From Eledone cirrhosa (Eukaryota): DNA of 64,000 nt. Within the stretch, counting starts at the first letter, position 1; every line of letters begins with the position of its first letter. The notes below the pieces were generated by a model that saw only the letters and a program-made list of their open reading frames with translations, ran no database searches and was not told where the DNA came from. Positions 49,246 to 63,249 of this stretch are shown here, piece by piece. The stretch covers positions 242,730,001 through 242,794,000 of the forward strand of contig OZ024742.1 in NCBI GenBank assembly GCA_964016885.1, in the 5' to 3' direction. A program made the translations under genes and the position numbers.

Positions 49246-49637
49246 TGTCTTGGTGCTCTGAAATAGCGATGTATATATGAATCTACGTATTGTATATTTG
49301 ATAATATACTGTATATTTATTTTAAAACATTTTGAAGGCTTTTCGCTATGAATCTTATGTAGTGACTTAAGCATAGGTTAAGCAAAAGCAAAGGTTATTT
49401 CCCTTTGTTTTTGCTGAAGATAGGCAACTCTGCTCTACGTAAATGAGTTTCAACAGCTCATAAACATAATTGGAATTCTATAAGAATCCAGCTTCTACAC
49501 TTCACAGCAAAAACAAGGGATATATAGCCTTGATAATCACTAAACAGTGAAAAACGATCGATCGTCGGTTACTTCACTTTGCTTTTGCTGAAGCTAGGTA
49601 TGTGACTTTAGTCATTACTTTAAATTCATAGCGTAAG
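49246..49637. mobile_element. Retrozyme-like element, diverged relative of 62826-63256, with internal inversion
   Basis: Shares TTGGTGCTCTGAAATAGCGAT and TGGAATTCTATAAGAATCCA; decayed hammerhead at 49525-49571. Confidence 0.75.
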
Positions 49638-49678
<41 letters not shown>

Positions 49679-49681
<3 letters not shown>

Positions 49682-50460
49682 CCTCGTTTAAATGATTTTT
49701 TGTGTGGTTGATTTATGCTGATTGGGAGAAGAAATATTGTATATATTTTATCTAATGATTTTATAGACTTACTTTTTATATATTGCTCTGATTATTAATT
49801 ATTTAATTAATTCTTCATTGAGCAACACCGTGAATGGTTGCCAAAAACATATATATTTCTATGACTTTGTATAGTTTATATATATATACACTTTAAATGT
49901 TATATACTCCCGTAAGGTTGAGTAAAACTTTAGTCAGTATTCGGCTGCGCTTTCTAGCAACCAGCCTACTCGCCGACAAGCACCAATCACAAACTTTCTG
50001 CCTTGACCACTGGCCACGTGATGATTCTTAGCCATTTTGAATTCGTTTCTGGCGGAGATCATGTAAGAAAAATCTTTGTCCAATTGAGTTATCTCCTGGT
50101 GATTTCCAAACCTCGTTCATTTATCCAAGATCGGATATATCCAAAAATGGAATGAAACCGACGGGGGTAGAGATATTTTGATGATTTTGGTAAGGTACAT
50201 TTTTTCTTCTAACTTTGATTTTGCACCTAATTATGTATGGTTAACTATATGTCTAGTCAATTTGTACAGGCTATTAGAAATACTAGGTAAATTCTTTGTA
50301 GCTGTGAGTCGCGGATAAAAAGCTATATCATTTATCTATTGTTTCTTCATAAGTATATTTTAAACTTATAGCCTCGTTTAAATGATTTTTTATGTGGTTG
50401 ATTTATGGTGATTGGGAGAAGAAATATCGTATATATTTTATCTAATAATTCTATGGACTT

Positions 50461-50466
<6 letters not shown>
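49679..50466 (+). mobile_element. 690-bp non-coding unit with ~100-bp terminal redundancy in (TA)n
   Basis: 49679-49778 is repeated at 50369-50466; fragments recur at 34985-35105. Confidence 0.75.
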
Positions 50467-50547
<81 letters not shown>

Positions 50548-50939
50548 TAGTAAAGGTTTGGTAAAAATGTTCAAGGGTAAGTGTCTTTACTTTTATAATA
50601 GGCTAAATGAGTTGTGGTGCATAACCCAACGAAACTTAAGTACATGTTTCATCACTGTTGTAATTAATTATATATATATATATATATTAGCTGCAATCTT
50701 CACTAATAATTACTTCGAGTTTCACACTTCCGATTCTTTGAAACGTTGAAACATGGAATAACAATTAATGAAGTTTCCAGCTAACACTAAATATGAGTAT
50801 TCTCTTTTTCTTTTTGTTTATGCAATTTTTTTGTCTCATAACATACATACACATCCGTATATGTAAATGTTTGAACGTGTGTGCCCATGTATACAAATAT
50901 ATGGTATTAGAACATATGTGTGCCGCATACACGTATATC

Positions 50940-51685
<746 letters not shown>

Positions 51686-52027
51686 ATGTCAAGTGTAATT
51701 ATTTAATGTGTGTAAAATAAGGAAACCGTGCTATGTTTCCCACAAACTGAGTTGTTAACCAAGTTTGGATTCCCTATTTACCTCACTAATTCCCTTATGA
51801 AAGGTATAAATGTCATATCTGCAATTTTCCTTTCTTCCGAAGTAACTAGTTTTAATCAGAAATTTCGAAATGTCAAACCCAAAAAATGGAAGAGTTTTGC
51901 TGTTTTAACACCATTTATCTCAATTGCGGAAGACAAAAAGTCTTTTATAAAAAAATGTGTGGATTATAGTTGTATAAAAAGCAACACCTCTTCATGATTG
52001 TTTCTTTAAAAGTGGATTAACTACTCC

Positions 52028-52744
52028 TATAATAGCACCTGGTAAGTTTGTCATACTCAGCATAGGAATTGAGTCACGTTATAAGTTGTCAAGTTACAAT
52101 AGGCAATTATAATAGCACCTGGTAAGTTTGTCATACTCAGCATAGGAATTGAGTCACGTTATAAGTTGTCAAGTTACAATAGGCAATTATAATAGCACCT
52201 GGTAAGTTTGTCATACCCAGCATAGGAATAGAGTCACGTTATAAGTTGTCAAGTTACAATAGGCAATTATAATAGTACCTGGTAAGTTTGTCATACTCAG
52301 CATAGGAATTGAGTCACGTTATAAGTTGTCAAGTTACAATAGGCAATTATAATAGCACCTGGTAAGTTTGTCATACCCAGCATAGGAATAGAGTCACGTT
52401 ATAAGTTGTCAAGTTACAATAGGCAATTATAATAGTACCTGGTAAGTTTGTCATACTCAGCATAGGAATTGAGTCACGTTATAAGTTGTCAAGTTACAAT
52501 AGGCAATTATAATAGCACCTGGTAAGTTTGTCATACCCAGCATAGGAATAGAGTCACGTTATAAGTTGTCAAGTTACAATAGGCAATTATAATAGTACCT
52601 GGTAAGTTTGTCATACTCAGCATAGGAATTGAGTCACGTTATAAGTTGTCAAGTTACAATAGGCAATTATAATAGTACCTGGTAAGTTTGTCATACTCAG
52701 CATAGGAATTGAGTCACGTTATAAGTTGTCAAGTTATAATAGGC
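52028..52744. repeat. Tandem array, 9 x 80 bp
   Basis: AATAG(C/T)ACCTGGTAAG at 52031, 52111 ... 52671. Confidence 0.97.
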
Positions 52745-52880
52745 GGCAAATTGACAGAGTCGTTGTGTTATTCGTTCCGGCTCGCTACTTTCTGAGTTCA
52801 AAACCCGCCGAGGTCAACTTTGCTTTTCATCATTTCGAGTTCGATAAAAAAAATACCAGTCTAGTACTGGGGCCGATTTT
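52742..52880 (+). mobile_element. SINE family A, partial
   Basis: GGCGGC head, GAGTTCAAA B box and core. Confidence 0.7.
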
Positions 52881-54261
52881 CCTCTATTTCTCTTTCTCAG
52901 TTCCTCTCTCTCTATCCTTCTTAGGAAGAAATCTGCTGTATTCAGACATGGAGAGGGATGGGCTTTGCCAGGCTTAAAATTCCCAAGAATCGCCGTGTGT
53001 CAAGACAGCGTCCCTACGACTCCTTCAGAAGTTACGGGAGCATACTAATGTCTATCCAAAAAACCATCTTACCGAGACAATTGAAGTTGACTACTGATCA
53101 TGAGGTTGGAGATATTTCTAATCTTTTTACCTAAGCATCATGAGAGTTTGAATTCAACACTACAAGCTGCGGAACGATATAGTACTGCTGTTTGCAGTAT
53201 TTGCTGTATTCGATTAGGGACTATTCACAACCAGTTGAATAGGCTACTGGTAGCATGTAACCCAGTACAACCTGTCGCATGGTCGGGTCATCGGCGACTA
53301 AACATGCAGCCCCACCAAGTTTACTTGGTGAGGAGGGTGATTTTGGACACACTGTAGAACAAAAAACAAAACCTGACAAAGGGCTGAAGAACAAAAGGAA
53401 AATCCTGCCAAATCAATGAGTGGCAGTGGTTCCAGCTGCACGCATCGAAAGACTGGTATAGTGGTTCTGAGAACAATGGAGCTTTGCAGATGATCAATGA
53501 AAATTGACAATAGAAAGGTGTTCCCGCTCGAGTTAGAAGAGAACCATTGACCTTCAGGAGAAGCAGCGACACCTGATTGTATTCAGCAACCGAAACAAAT
53601 ATGAAGTACACCAAATCTAATGCTCCTAGGGGCGGCCCTAGTTCTTCTTATTTGCGAGTGTAAACTCGACCAGATTAGATTAGATTACATGATACTAGGC
53701 TACTGAGAGCCCTGTAGCGACTTGTCTTAAACTTTCACCTGGCACTCATTACATGATTCCAATATTGCGAACTAGTGTAAAATTAGTTAATTTTACAGTT
53801 CTACTACTTACAGGATTTGAACATACCTTCCATATGTCAATTATTCACAACTAGTGAGTGATGGAATTCTAAGAGAAAACATTCCTTAACTCATGGACCC
53901 TTTACTGTGGCTGTGTCAGGATGAAAATAAGATACATTTCGATTTACTCATCAGGAATTTTCTAAAACAACTACCAAAATAATAGCGGAAAACATTTGAT
54001 GGCAAGCGAGAAATTTAATAGCTTTAATTGTAGCTTTAAAGTTTATTTTTAGAAGTTCCGCGTTATCTATCATAGCATAATTTACCGCCTCGTTAGTTAT
54101 GCATAAGAATACCAATAACATAAGCATGCCGAACACATAAGCATGCAAGTTACACAAGCATGCCAACCCCATAAGCATGTCAATCACACAGGCATACAAT
54201 TTGAATGTTGAGAGTTTCCTCTGACACTAAATTATACATTTCTATTTCCATATTAAGAAAT

Positions 54262-54322
54262 AATTGTTTCTACTTTTGGCACAAGGCCAGCAAATAACCA
54301 GTGCATTACTGGTACTTTATTT
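54262..54322 (-). mobile_element. SINE family A 3' fragment
   Basis: Tail sequence match. Confidence 0.8.
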
Positions 54323-55659
54323 TAAGAAATAATGATAACAATATTAGATATAGCAGTTAAAATAAGGTAGTTACTATTGGATTCCTAAGTACAATAACTT
54401 TGGGAAAGAGAAAAGGAAATACTGAAGACGACGTATACAAATGAGGAATTCTGCAAATAATTTCTATCTTTGACACAAGACTACATTTGAACTCAAATTT
54501 TAAAGAGGTGTAATTTTATACCCCTAGGTAATTTATTTGATGTGCTACCTATTCTGTCATTCACTACCCATTTTCTATTCAGCAGTAAAGGACAAGGGTG
54601 TTGGTTGATTAATCGATAAGATACGGAACACTCACAGAGGTTCATTCACTCTCACTAATGCTACGTCTAATCCAAAGCAGTTTGTTATTGTGAACATATA
54701 ATGTCACCTAACTCTAATTATTCAAAAATATATGGTTTAACTGACCGTAAACATCGATGGCTATTTTAGGAAAGGCTATCAGCGATTGACTAAAGTCCTT
54801 TGCAGAAAGAAATTTGTCTTTCATTCTCCAGAAGCCCAAGGTAAGCATTGGTTCAAGTGATGGAAATGAGGGATCACAGTCGGACCGCGTTCCCTTACTT
54901 TTCATTTTCCAGGAGAAGATACTTATAAAGTCTACTTTACCCACTTCCGAAGCTAGTGCACCCTACTTACTAAATCGCATTTTTATTACTGGTGGTTCTA
55001 CAGATGTCTTGTATTTTAGAAAAGAGTTCACTTGTTAAACAATAATTTAAGGGGATTTGACAAGGCTTGGCCTTTATCTCTTTCTGATTAACAAATATAT
55101 CCAAAGAAGTTGATTCCAAAATACGTTAAGATTTTATTTTTATAAAGAAATTATTAAGTGTTTTGATATTATAGGTAGTTACTGACATATTTTAATGTTC
55201 TCTACTGTTGCGTATAAACTTAACAGAGAGCGTTTTGAAGAAGAATAAAAATATAAATATACATTTTAAAGGTTGGGTGTATACTATTATCATAAACAGA
55301 AATATAACTAACCAGCAAGAAAGCTTTCACACGGTCGCTCCACATACTTTCAAATCTACTGCAAATCTTCAAAACCTGAAGAACACATATATATAATATG
55401 CCTTTTATAATAAAGAGGCGATCAGGAACTCCAATGTGTAAGTTTGACAGATAAGTCTAAGGTAAAACAACAACCTCAATAGAAATATAAACTCAGTGGG
55501 AGTAACTTTTTCTAGGTCATAAGGAATGTGATCGTTTCAGTCAACTCAGCACATGATTAGTACTTATTTGTCAACTTCTGGAAGGTGAAAAGCTGGCAGT
55601 CACGGTAGGTGGTGAGCACAAATTGTAATGTGACGTGACTAAGCACTAGTAATGTGAAC

Positions 55660-55990
55660 GCGCATGGCTTAGTGGCTAGAGCATTGGGCTTGCAATGGGG
55701 AGGTTATGAGTTCGATTCTTGGATCGGGTGATGTGTTGTGGCCTTGAGCAAGACATTTTATTTCACGTTGCTCCAGTTCAGTCAACTGTAGGAATGAGCT
55801 CCTACGTCACTGGTGCCAAGCTGTATTGGCCTTTCCCTTGGACATCATCGGTGGCCTGGAGACGGCAGACTGGTATGCATGGTTGACTTCTGGTCATCCA
55901 CAAACAGCCTTTCCCGGACTTGGGCCTCGGAGGGGAAATCCCATGGTCATTCGTAATCAAAGGGGGTCTTTACCCTTTACCCTCTACCCT
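55660..55990 (+). mobile_element. SINE family B (tRNA head, CORE-like domain, (TTTACCC) tail)
   Basis: A box TGGCTTAGTGG, B box GAGTTCGATTC, TGTGGCCTTGAGCAAGACA core. Confidence 0.8.
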
Positions 55991-56107
55991 TTGAACACTA
56001 GTAATATATTCGCTAACTATTTCTGTCTGGATTATTGATATCAGTTGATTTTGGACAAGGACAATTTTGCAGTGGTGTGAGAATTTTTGTCGATTGAATT
56101 GAATATA

Positions 56108-56240
56108 ATGATTTCTACTATAGGTACAAGACCAGCAATTTGGGGAGAGGGGGAAGTCGATTAAATCGACCCCAGTGCATTACTGGTGCTTCATTTATCG
56201 ATCCAGAAAGGCAAAGCTGACCGTGGCAAGAGTTTGAATT
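56108..56240 (-). mobile_element. SINE family A, diverged
   Basis: Core, hairpin and tail on the minus strand. Confidence 0.7.
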
Positions 56241-56374
56241 GAACATAATGAAAATTATTTCAAAGATCCCGGAATGTTAAAACACAAAGTCAACAAAAGA
56301 GTTATGAAATCATGACCGTGTGTGCCGAAAGATACTAACATAAATTGTTTAGTACGCTGCCCGACAAATTAAAA

Positions 56375-56510
56375 CAGTGAATTGGTAAAGTCGTTAGAGC
56401 GTTGGTGAATACTTTGCACTTACAGTTCAAATCCCGGTGAGGGAAACTTCGCCTTTCGTCGTTTTGGATTCAATAACATAAATACCAATCCAATACTGGG
56501 ATCGATTCTT
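56375..56510 (+). mobile_element. SINE family A, highly diverged
   Basis: AGTTCAAATCCCG B box, GCCTTTCGTC core remnant. Confidence 0.55.
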
Positions 56511-56517
56511 CTCTCCG

Positions 56518-56603
<86 letters not shown>

Positions 56604-56648
56604 ACTCTCTCTCTTTATATATATATATATATCTTTCTTACGTACACA

Positions 56649-56705
<57 letters not shown>

Positions 56706-57379
56706 TCCGGAAGAAATCGGTGGTGCTAAAAAAAAAATGGTCTCCACCGTGTTTATCTGTCTAGATTATGCCGTATGTCAAAACGGTGCCCTATGACTCA
56801 CCACGAATTAAAAGCTAAAGGCAAGGTAATGTAAAACAGCATAACACCATGTTGTAATATTATGATACATATGTGAATATAAACTAGACAGTCCATAACG
56901 ACGTTGTATATTCGGAAAGTGCAAATTGGGGAATTTATTCTGTTCATGTGCTCTAGACGAACTTTATTAAACTAAAGGAAATTAACTAGATTCAGCTATG
57001 AATCAATAACTTATTGCTGACTCGCCTCTAAGTGACGCTTGTCACTCATCAAATGAAAATAATAACTGCCAGTATGTTCTAATAACATTTCTACATTTTC
57101 ACACCGATAAAATTGTAGACAATAGATCATAATAGTTGAAAAACTAAAGGCATTAATGTTATAATTTAATTTAATCGCCACGCTGTTTTTACTTTTGTTC
57201 TGCCCTGTATTTCTTTCCCGAATTGAAAAAAAAAAGTGTAATATTATTTTCATTACATGTCTTGTGATGTGACAATGAAAAGTAGCTACTAACGTATCAC
57301 TTTGTTGGTGCAAACATTTAGTTAGCTGCATATCCATTTTAGGTTCTGATTATTATTCCTGCTTTATTGAATGGAAAAA

Positions 57380-57690
57380 TGGGTAAAGACCCTGCTTCGG
57401 TCTTGAATGCCCATCAGATTTCCACTTAGAAAGTTTCCCCTCTGAGGCACGAGTCCGGGTAAGGTTGTTTGTGGAAGACCAGCAATCACTCAAGCATACC
57501 AGTCTCCCCTTTCCACTCCACTGATGTTGTCCAAGGGAAAGGGCAAAGGCTGATACAGTTTGGCGTCAGTGACGTTGGAACTCATTTCTACAGCTGAGTG
57601 AACAGGAGCAAACACACCGCTCCGTCGGGGAATCAAACACACAACCTCATGATTGTAAACCCAACCCTCTAAACACTGAGCCATTCGCCT
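57380..57690 (-). mobile_element. SINE family B
   Basis: Inverse match to 55660-55990. Confidence 0.8.
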
Positions 57691-58304
57691 TCACATTCAA
57701 AGAATGAAGTGTTGGAGTAAGAGGCGTAACTGTAATATTATGAAACTACACCAATATGATAAGATATCCAGTCTATTCACGTGCATGCTAACTGGAAAAT
57801 ATTTTTTATTATTCACAGATCTTACTGCCTATTTATCATTTTAAATCGTAGGAACAAACGAAAAGGAAATGAACTAACAATGAATTGAAATGTAATTTGG
57901 GTTATAGTGTTGTATCTGTGTTCTTATACGTGCTGCTTCTGCTGTTGTTGATTTTGTTGGTGGTGGTGTTTTTGTTGTTATTACTTTTGTTGTTTTAATT
58001 TTTTATTGTTGCTATTTAGAACTGAATCGACTCTGATCGAGCACAGAAAAATATTCCAGATAGTGCATTGGGGCTACATTATACAAGCTGGCCTTGTATT
58101 TGGCCTTGTATGCGTTTTTGAACAAAATGCGGTTGCTATTTATAGCAGCTCGAATAAAATCGTTCTCTTTATATGATGATATACTACCACATGGTTGTTT
58201 TCAGTTGAGTAAGAGTTCTTGTATCGCTCGTCTCTTGGTAGATATATATCTATTAGTCATCAATATCTCATCATCAAGCAAAATTATAGTTACTTTAAAT
58301 ATGA

Positions 58305-58388
58305 AAGAAGAAGAAGAAGAAGAAGAAGAAGAAGAAGAAGAAGAAGAAGAAGAAGAAGAAGAAGAAGAAGAAGAAGAAGAAGAAGAAG

Positions 58389-58397
<9 letters not shown>
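58305..58397. repeat. (GAA)n microsatellite
   Basis: Direct reading. Confidence 0.97.
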
Positions 58398-58419
<22 letters not shown>

Positions 58420-58661
58420 GTTGTGTCTCTATTGTCATACCTTCGATATCCAAGGATGAGACCCGAATTATGGAATAAAGTAGCTTTCTGCTGTTTTTTC
58501 TACCGATAATGATCTTGATCATTTCACATTTATGATCAGCAAGTACCTTGTCAAATATTGGAGGTTTCCGCCATTTTGATATTTTTATCGGTTTTTATTT
58601 TGTTTCGTTTTATACGTTATGGTTTAGAGAAAATATTCCATTGTGAGGCGTCTGTATACTA

Positions 58662-58768
58662 ATATTATTTCTACGTTTGGCACAAGGCCAGCAATTATCC
58701 CAGTGTATTACTGGTACTTTATTTTATCGACCCTGTAAGGATAAAAGGCAAAGTTAACCTCGGCGGGA
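58662..58768 (-). mobile_element. SINE family A 3' half
   Basis: Core plus tail. Confidence 0.85.
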
Positions 58769-59256
58769 TATATACTAATACATTAGGATTCTAACATGTG
58801 TAATATAGGGAATGAAATCTTCGAATAACCAAGCAAAATTTCCCTCTGTGAGTTTTTAAAACCCTAAATCAACAATCAAGGGAGATAACTCCAATAAAAT
58901 CATTTGAATGAATCTTAGGAGCAATTCTGCCAATGCAGATTGGAGTGGATATGTTTATTAAAGCCAAAATAATAATGTATTTATTATAAATACAAAGTTT
59001 TTTCTCTTATGATCATGTGTTTGTTTTTATTAACCTTTGAAATCGGGGCAACCTTTCTGCCTCACCCTGTATAATTTTACAATATTATGAAAGACCATTT
59101 ATATATCTATTTTATTCGAATTTATTGATAGTGATTTCACTGAATTAATTCCTGTATGAAAAATAAATAAATTTTAACAGATCCCATACATGTTATAAAG
59201 TAACTTTTTTGTAATGACAAAGTGAGATTAAATATAAAAGTGTCCATAATCATCTC

Positions 59257-59457
59257 TTAACCCTTTAGCATTTACATTACTCTATATATACTGTTGTGTT
59301 TTCATGGTTAACACTTTATCTCACATAATATTGAATCTATGAGATTTTGATATAATTTATTTTGAGAACAATACCTTGACATCAGTGTGAATGGTCAGTT
59401 ACAGCCGGTTTGGACAGAAAGAGGTGAGAGAATTCTGGCTGGTTGCTAAAGGGTTAA
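59257..59457. mobile_element. piggyBac-type MITE
   Basis: TTAA-CCCTTTAGCA...TGCTAAAGGG-TTAA. Confidence 0.8.
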
Positions 59458-59859
59458 AAGGAATTACGAGATTACAAACAACAGGTTCCTTAGGCTACAG
59501 ATTACATTTTCCAAATCTAATGACAAGTATACGTAAAGATGATATATATATAGGTGTCTCTAAAATTGAAAATTAATTGAAAATATAGGTATTAAACGTA
59601 ACCTAATAAACAAAAATACATTATAGATAATGATTGCCCCTTAAATTCTATCATATATCTTTCACCCTTTCCTATAAAGAGTTTCATTCAATCATTAAGT
59701 AAAAAGTAAATTCCACCCATGAAACGAAATATTACGAACAACTGAATGATTTGTCAGAATATCGGTGAAGGGTTAACGTCCTCTATTATTTTCAGATATA
59801 AACAACGAAACACAAGCCGATACGCTTGAAATGTCAATTAGATTTTATTTAACTATTTG

Positions 59860-60010
59860 AGAGTGTGCTCAAATCCTGCTGAGGTTATCTTTGCCTTTCA
59901 TCCTTACAAGGTCGATAAAATAAGACACCAGTAACACACAGGATTGATTTAGTCGACTTACCCTTTCCCTTCAGATTGCTAGCATTGTGCTAAATATAGA
60001 AACGGTTATT
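59860..60010 (+). mobile_element. SINE family A, diverged 3' part
   Basis: GCCTTTCATCCTTACAAGGTCGATAAAATAA core and tail. Confidence 0.75.
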
Positions 60011-60339
60011 ACCATTTGAGAGTTTAGGCAGCAAGTGGGGTTTATTTTTATGCCATATAATGACAGCGGTGTTATTGAAATTGTGACCATCAAATAAAAA
60101 CAGATGTAAAAAATCTAAGCTTTCGAGAACCGAGAATAAGTAAATCCTTCAAAATGGGTATATCTTGCAAAACTACTCTAATTGATTATTTTTTTTTCCT
60201 TTGAGTGTATATACCTATGTGCATTAACTTCTATATATGTGTATGGAGGTGTCTATACATACACACCAATATTAGCAAATATGTATGATATTTTATGCTT
60301 AGAAATCCATCATCAGAGGATATAAACATACGTGGGAAT

Positions 60340-60718
60340 ATGCGCATGTAAATGACCTCCGGAATGCTGGATATTCTCCACTAATGTACCGCCATCTTTT
60401 AACCTGACGTACCATTCTTTTATTCGGCATTATTTGAATTTGGAAAATTGTTTCTCCTTGGATCTCTCCAAGCTTTTAGCAAAACTTGATGTTCCACACG
60501 TTTAGTCATCATACACGAAATGAAAATACGACGTGTCAGTAGTAGAGCATCACTAACGCTGGTAGCGTGGCTGCGACTGACGTATCTAGGGTGCTCGCCA
60601 AAAACCACGCATGCGCATGAATGTATTTGGCTAAACCCTACAAACTTTGTCCCTCTAACTTCATTAATTCTCACGGGAAAAAATCTTTTGTCAGTGTTTC
60701 GACAGACGTTGTTTATAT
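60340..60718 (-). mobile_element. Mariner transposon 5' remnant
   Basis: MTKRVEH-IKFC.KLG...ETI...IKEWY.R.KDG remnants, with a TIR-like end. Confidence 0.6.
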
Positions 60719-60769
60719 ATTTCGGGAATTTGAAAGTTCAATGTCTCAATGGCTGTCAATTTCATCTCA

Positions 60770-60781
60770 TACATACATACA

Positions 60782-60863
<82 letters not shown>

Positions 60864-61300
60864 CATAAATAGATATATACATACAAACATACATACATGC
60901 ATACATACATACATATATACATACATACATATCATACATATATACATACAGAGATATATACAGAGATATATACAGACAAACAAATAAACATACATACATA
61001 CATATGTAAATGTAAATACATACACATATATACATACATATATACATGCATACATACAAACAAACAAACATAAATACATACATACATACATACATACATA
61101 CATACATACATACATACATACATACATACATACATACATACATACACACATTCATACATACATACATACAAACATACATATGTGCACACACTCATGCACA
61201 CATATACACACATGTCATACATACATACATACATACATACATACATACATACATACATACATACATACATACATACATACATACATACATGCATGCATAC
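60770..61300. repeat. (TACA)n/(TA)n compound microsatellite
   Basis: Direct reading. Confidence 0.95.
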
Positions 61301-61529
61301 AAACATTTGTGTATTTTACATGAATTTGTTTGTTTTTTAAACAATTTCCCCTTACTTTCTCTGTCAAAAGTATCACACATTAACCTATTTGTGTCATTAC
61401 TAAACATACTGTCAAAAATATATATTTCTATAATGTCTAATTATATAGCAGTATATATTATCTATCTCCACTAGTTGCGTTTAATTCAAATTTAAACTAC
61501 AAAATCTAGTATATACATATATATATATA

Positions 61530-61632
<103 letters not shown>

Positions 61633-61633
61633 T

Positions 61634-61712
<79 letters not shown>

Positions 61713-62048
61713 ATTTACTGTATATATGACTCAAATATATATTAAGGGTGACTAATATTTAAGATGTTTTCATTTCTTTACACTTTTTTTCTTTTTCGAA
61801 GTTCACAGTTCAGGGCACTTTACCGTTAAATTATATACAATCTCGATGTACATTTTATACAACATTGAAATGAACTGCTTTCGTTTCACATAGGAAGTAT
61901 TAAATGTGGATGTGGTACATATGTTTTGCCTGAAAATACACACACACACACACACGTACAGGTATATACGTCACAAAGAAACCTTTAGTCGGGCAATGGC
62001 ATTGAAATTGAAACATAATTTTGAAGTAAATGATTTAACTAGACTCAT

Positions 62049-62222
62049 TTGGCAGTATCGGTAGAGGGTCGGACACCATGCTTTCCAGCATAGTTACGTC
62101 CCTTTACGATCTGAGTTCAAATCCCGCCGAGGTTGACTTTGCCTTTCATCCTTACGGGGTCGATAAAATAAAGTACCAGTAATGCACTGGGTAATTGTTG
62201 GCCTTGTGCCTAACGTAGAAAC

Positions 62223-62227
<5 letters not shown>
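62049..62227 (+). mobile_element. SINE family A, near full length
   Basis: Close match to 7031-7233. Confidence 0.88.
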
Positions 62228-62274
<47 letters not shown>

Positions 62275-62526
62275 CGGGTAAAATTCTCGAGATTGTTTTC
62301 AATGGGCTGATAATACCACCTTACCGGCGCCACTCGAATAAGGTAATTATTTAACCCATATATATATATATATATATATATATACATTGAATATTATACT
62401 CCAAAAAACTTGTCGAGTGCTTTGAATCAGTTATAAACATTTATATTTGTTGAATTACCAACAAATTGAATATCCCTTTTGCTTATATATATAAATATAT
62501 ATGTATATATACATATATATGTATAT

Positions 62527-62561
<35 letters not shown>

Positions 62562-62767
62562 AGTATGTATACGTACATACATATATGTATACAGACGTAC
62601 AGTAGTATGTATACATATATACATACATGCACACATATATATATGTACGTATGGATTCACCGAACATTTATTATAATGCTCGGTGTGTTTGTAAACAAAC
62701 ATCCCGAATTAAGCCGTACAGTGTCTAGCAACCATCGTTGCTCATTTGTTCAACACTGACAAAGGAA

Positions 62768-62808
62768 CGCTGTACTAGTTTCAAGCTTATTAGCTATCGT
62801 CAGCAACG
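62768..62808 (-). ncRNA. Type I hammerhead ribozyme
   Basis: CGUUG-CUGACGA-UAGCU aaua AGCUU-GAAA-CUAG-UA-CAGCG, with extension GGAA/UUCC. Confidence 0.85.
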
Positions 62809-62825
62809 TATACCTTCCTGCCCTT

Positions 62826-63249
62826 GTCCAGCAAAAATTGAAAATTAGAATTGGTGCTCTGAAATAGCGATATATATATGAATGTATATATATATAGTGT
62901 ATTTTGCAATACACTGTATGCAAAGCACCAATTCTAATTTTCAATTTTTGCTGGACCGGCAACCGCTCTGTATAATCAGTTCCTGATTATTACTGGAATT
63001 CTATAAGAATCCAACATTCATAATTTCCAACAAACAAGGGGAGTGCTAAGCTCTGAGGAATACCAACAGTATGAAACTGAGATCTGTCAGCTTATCTCCC
63101 TTTGTTTGTTGAAAAAAGAAGTAAGTGACATCGTCACTACTTTAAAACAATAGTGTAAGGTCTTCAAAATGGTGTTAATTAAGCATACAGTGTATTGCAA
63201 AATACACTATATATACATTCATATATATATCGCTATTTCAGAGCACCAA

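Noticed and set aside
49815-49850. GCAAC/GTTGC hairpin as hammerhead stem II
   Set aside because: Both copies have CATTGA and CAAAA rather than CUGANGA and GAAA.
52028-52744. CRISPR-like array
   Set aside because: The whole 80-bp unit repeats with no unique spacers, there are no cas genes, and the context is eukaryotic.
52960-53650. Possible old LINE fragment or exon
   Set aside because: More GC-rich than its flanks, but no motif I can support.
62303-62358. UGGG-CUGAUAA-UACC..GGUA...CCCA decayed hammerhead
   Set aside because: GAAA is absent and G8 is changed; too degenerate to call.
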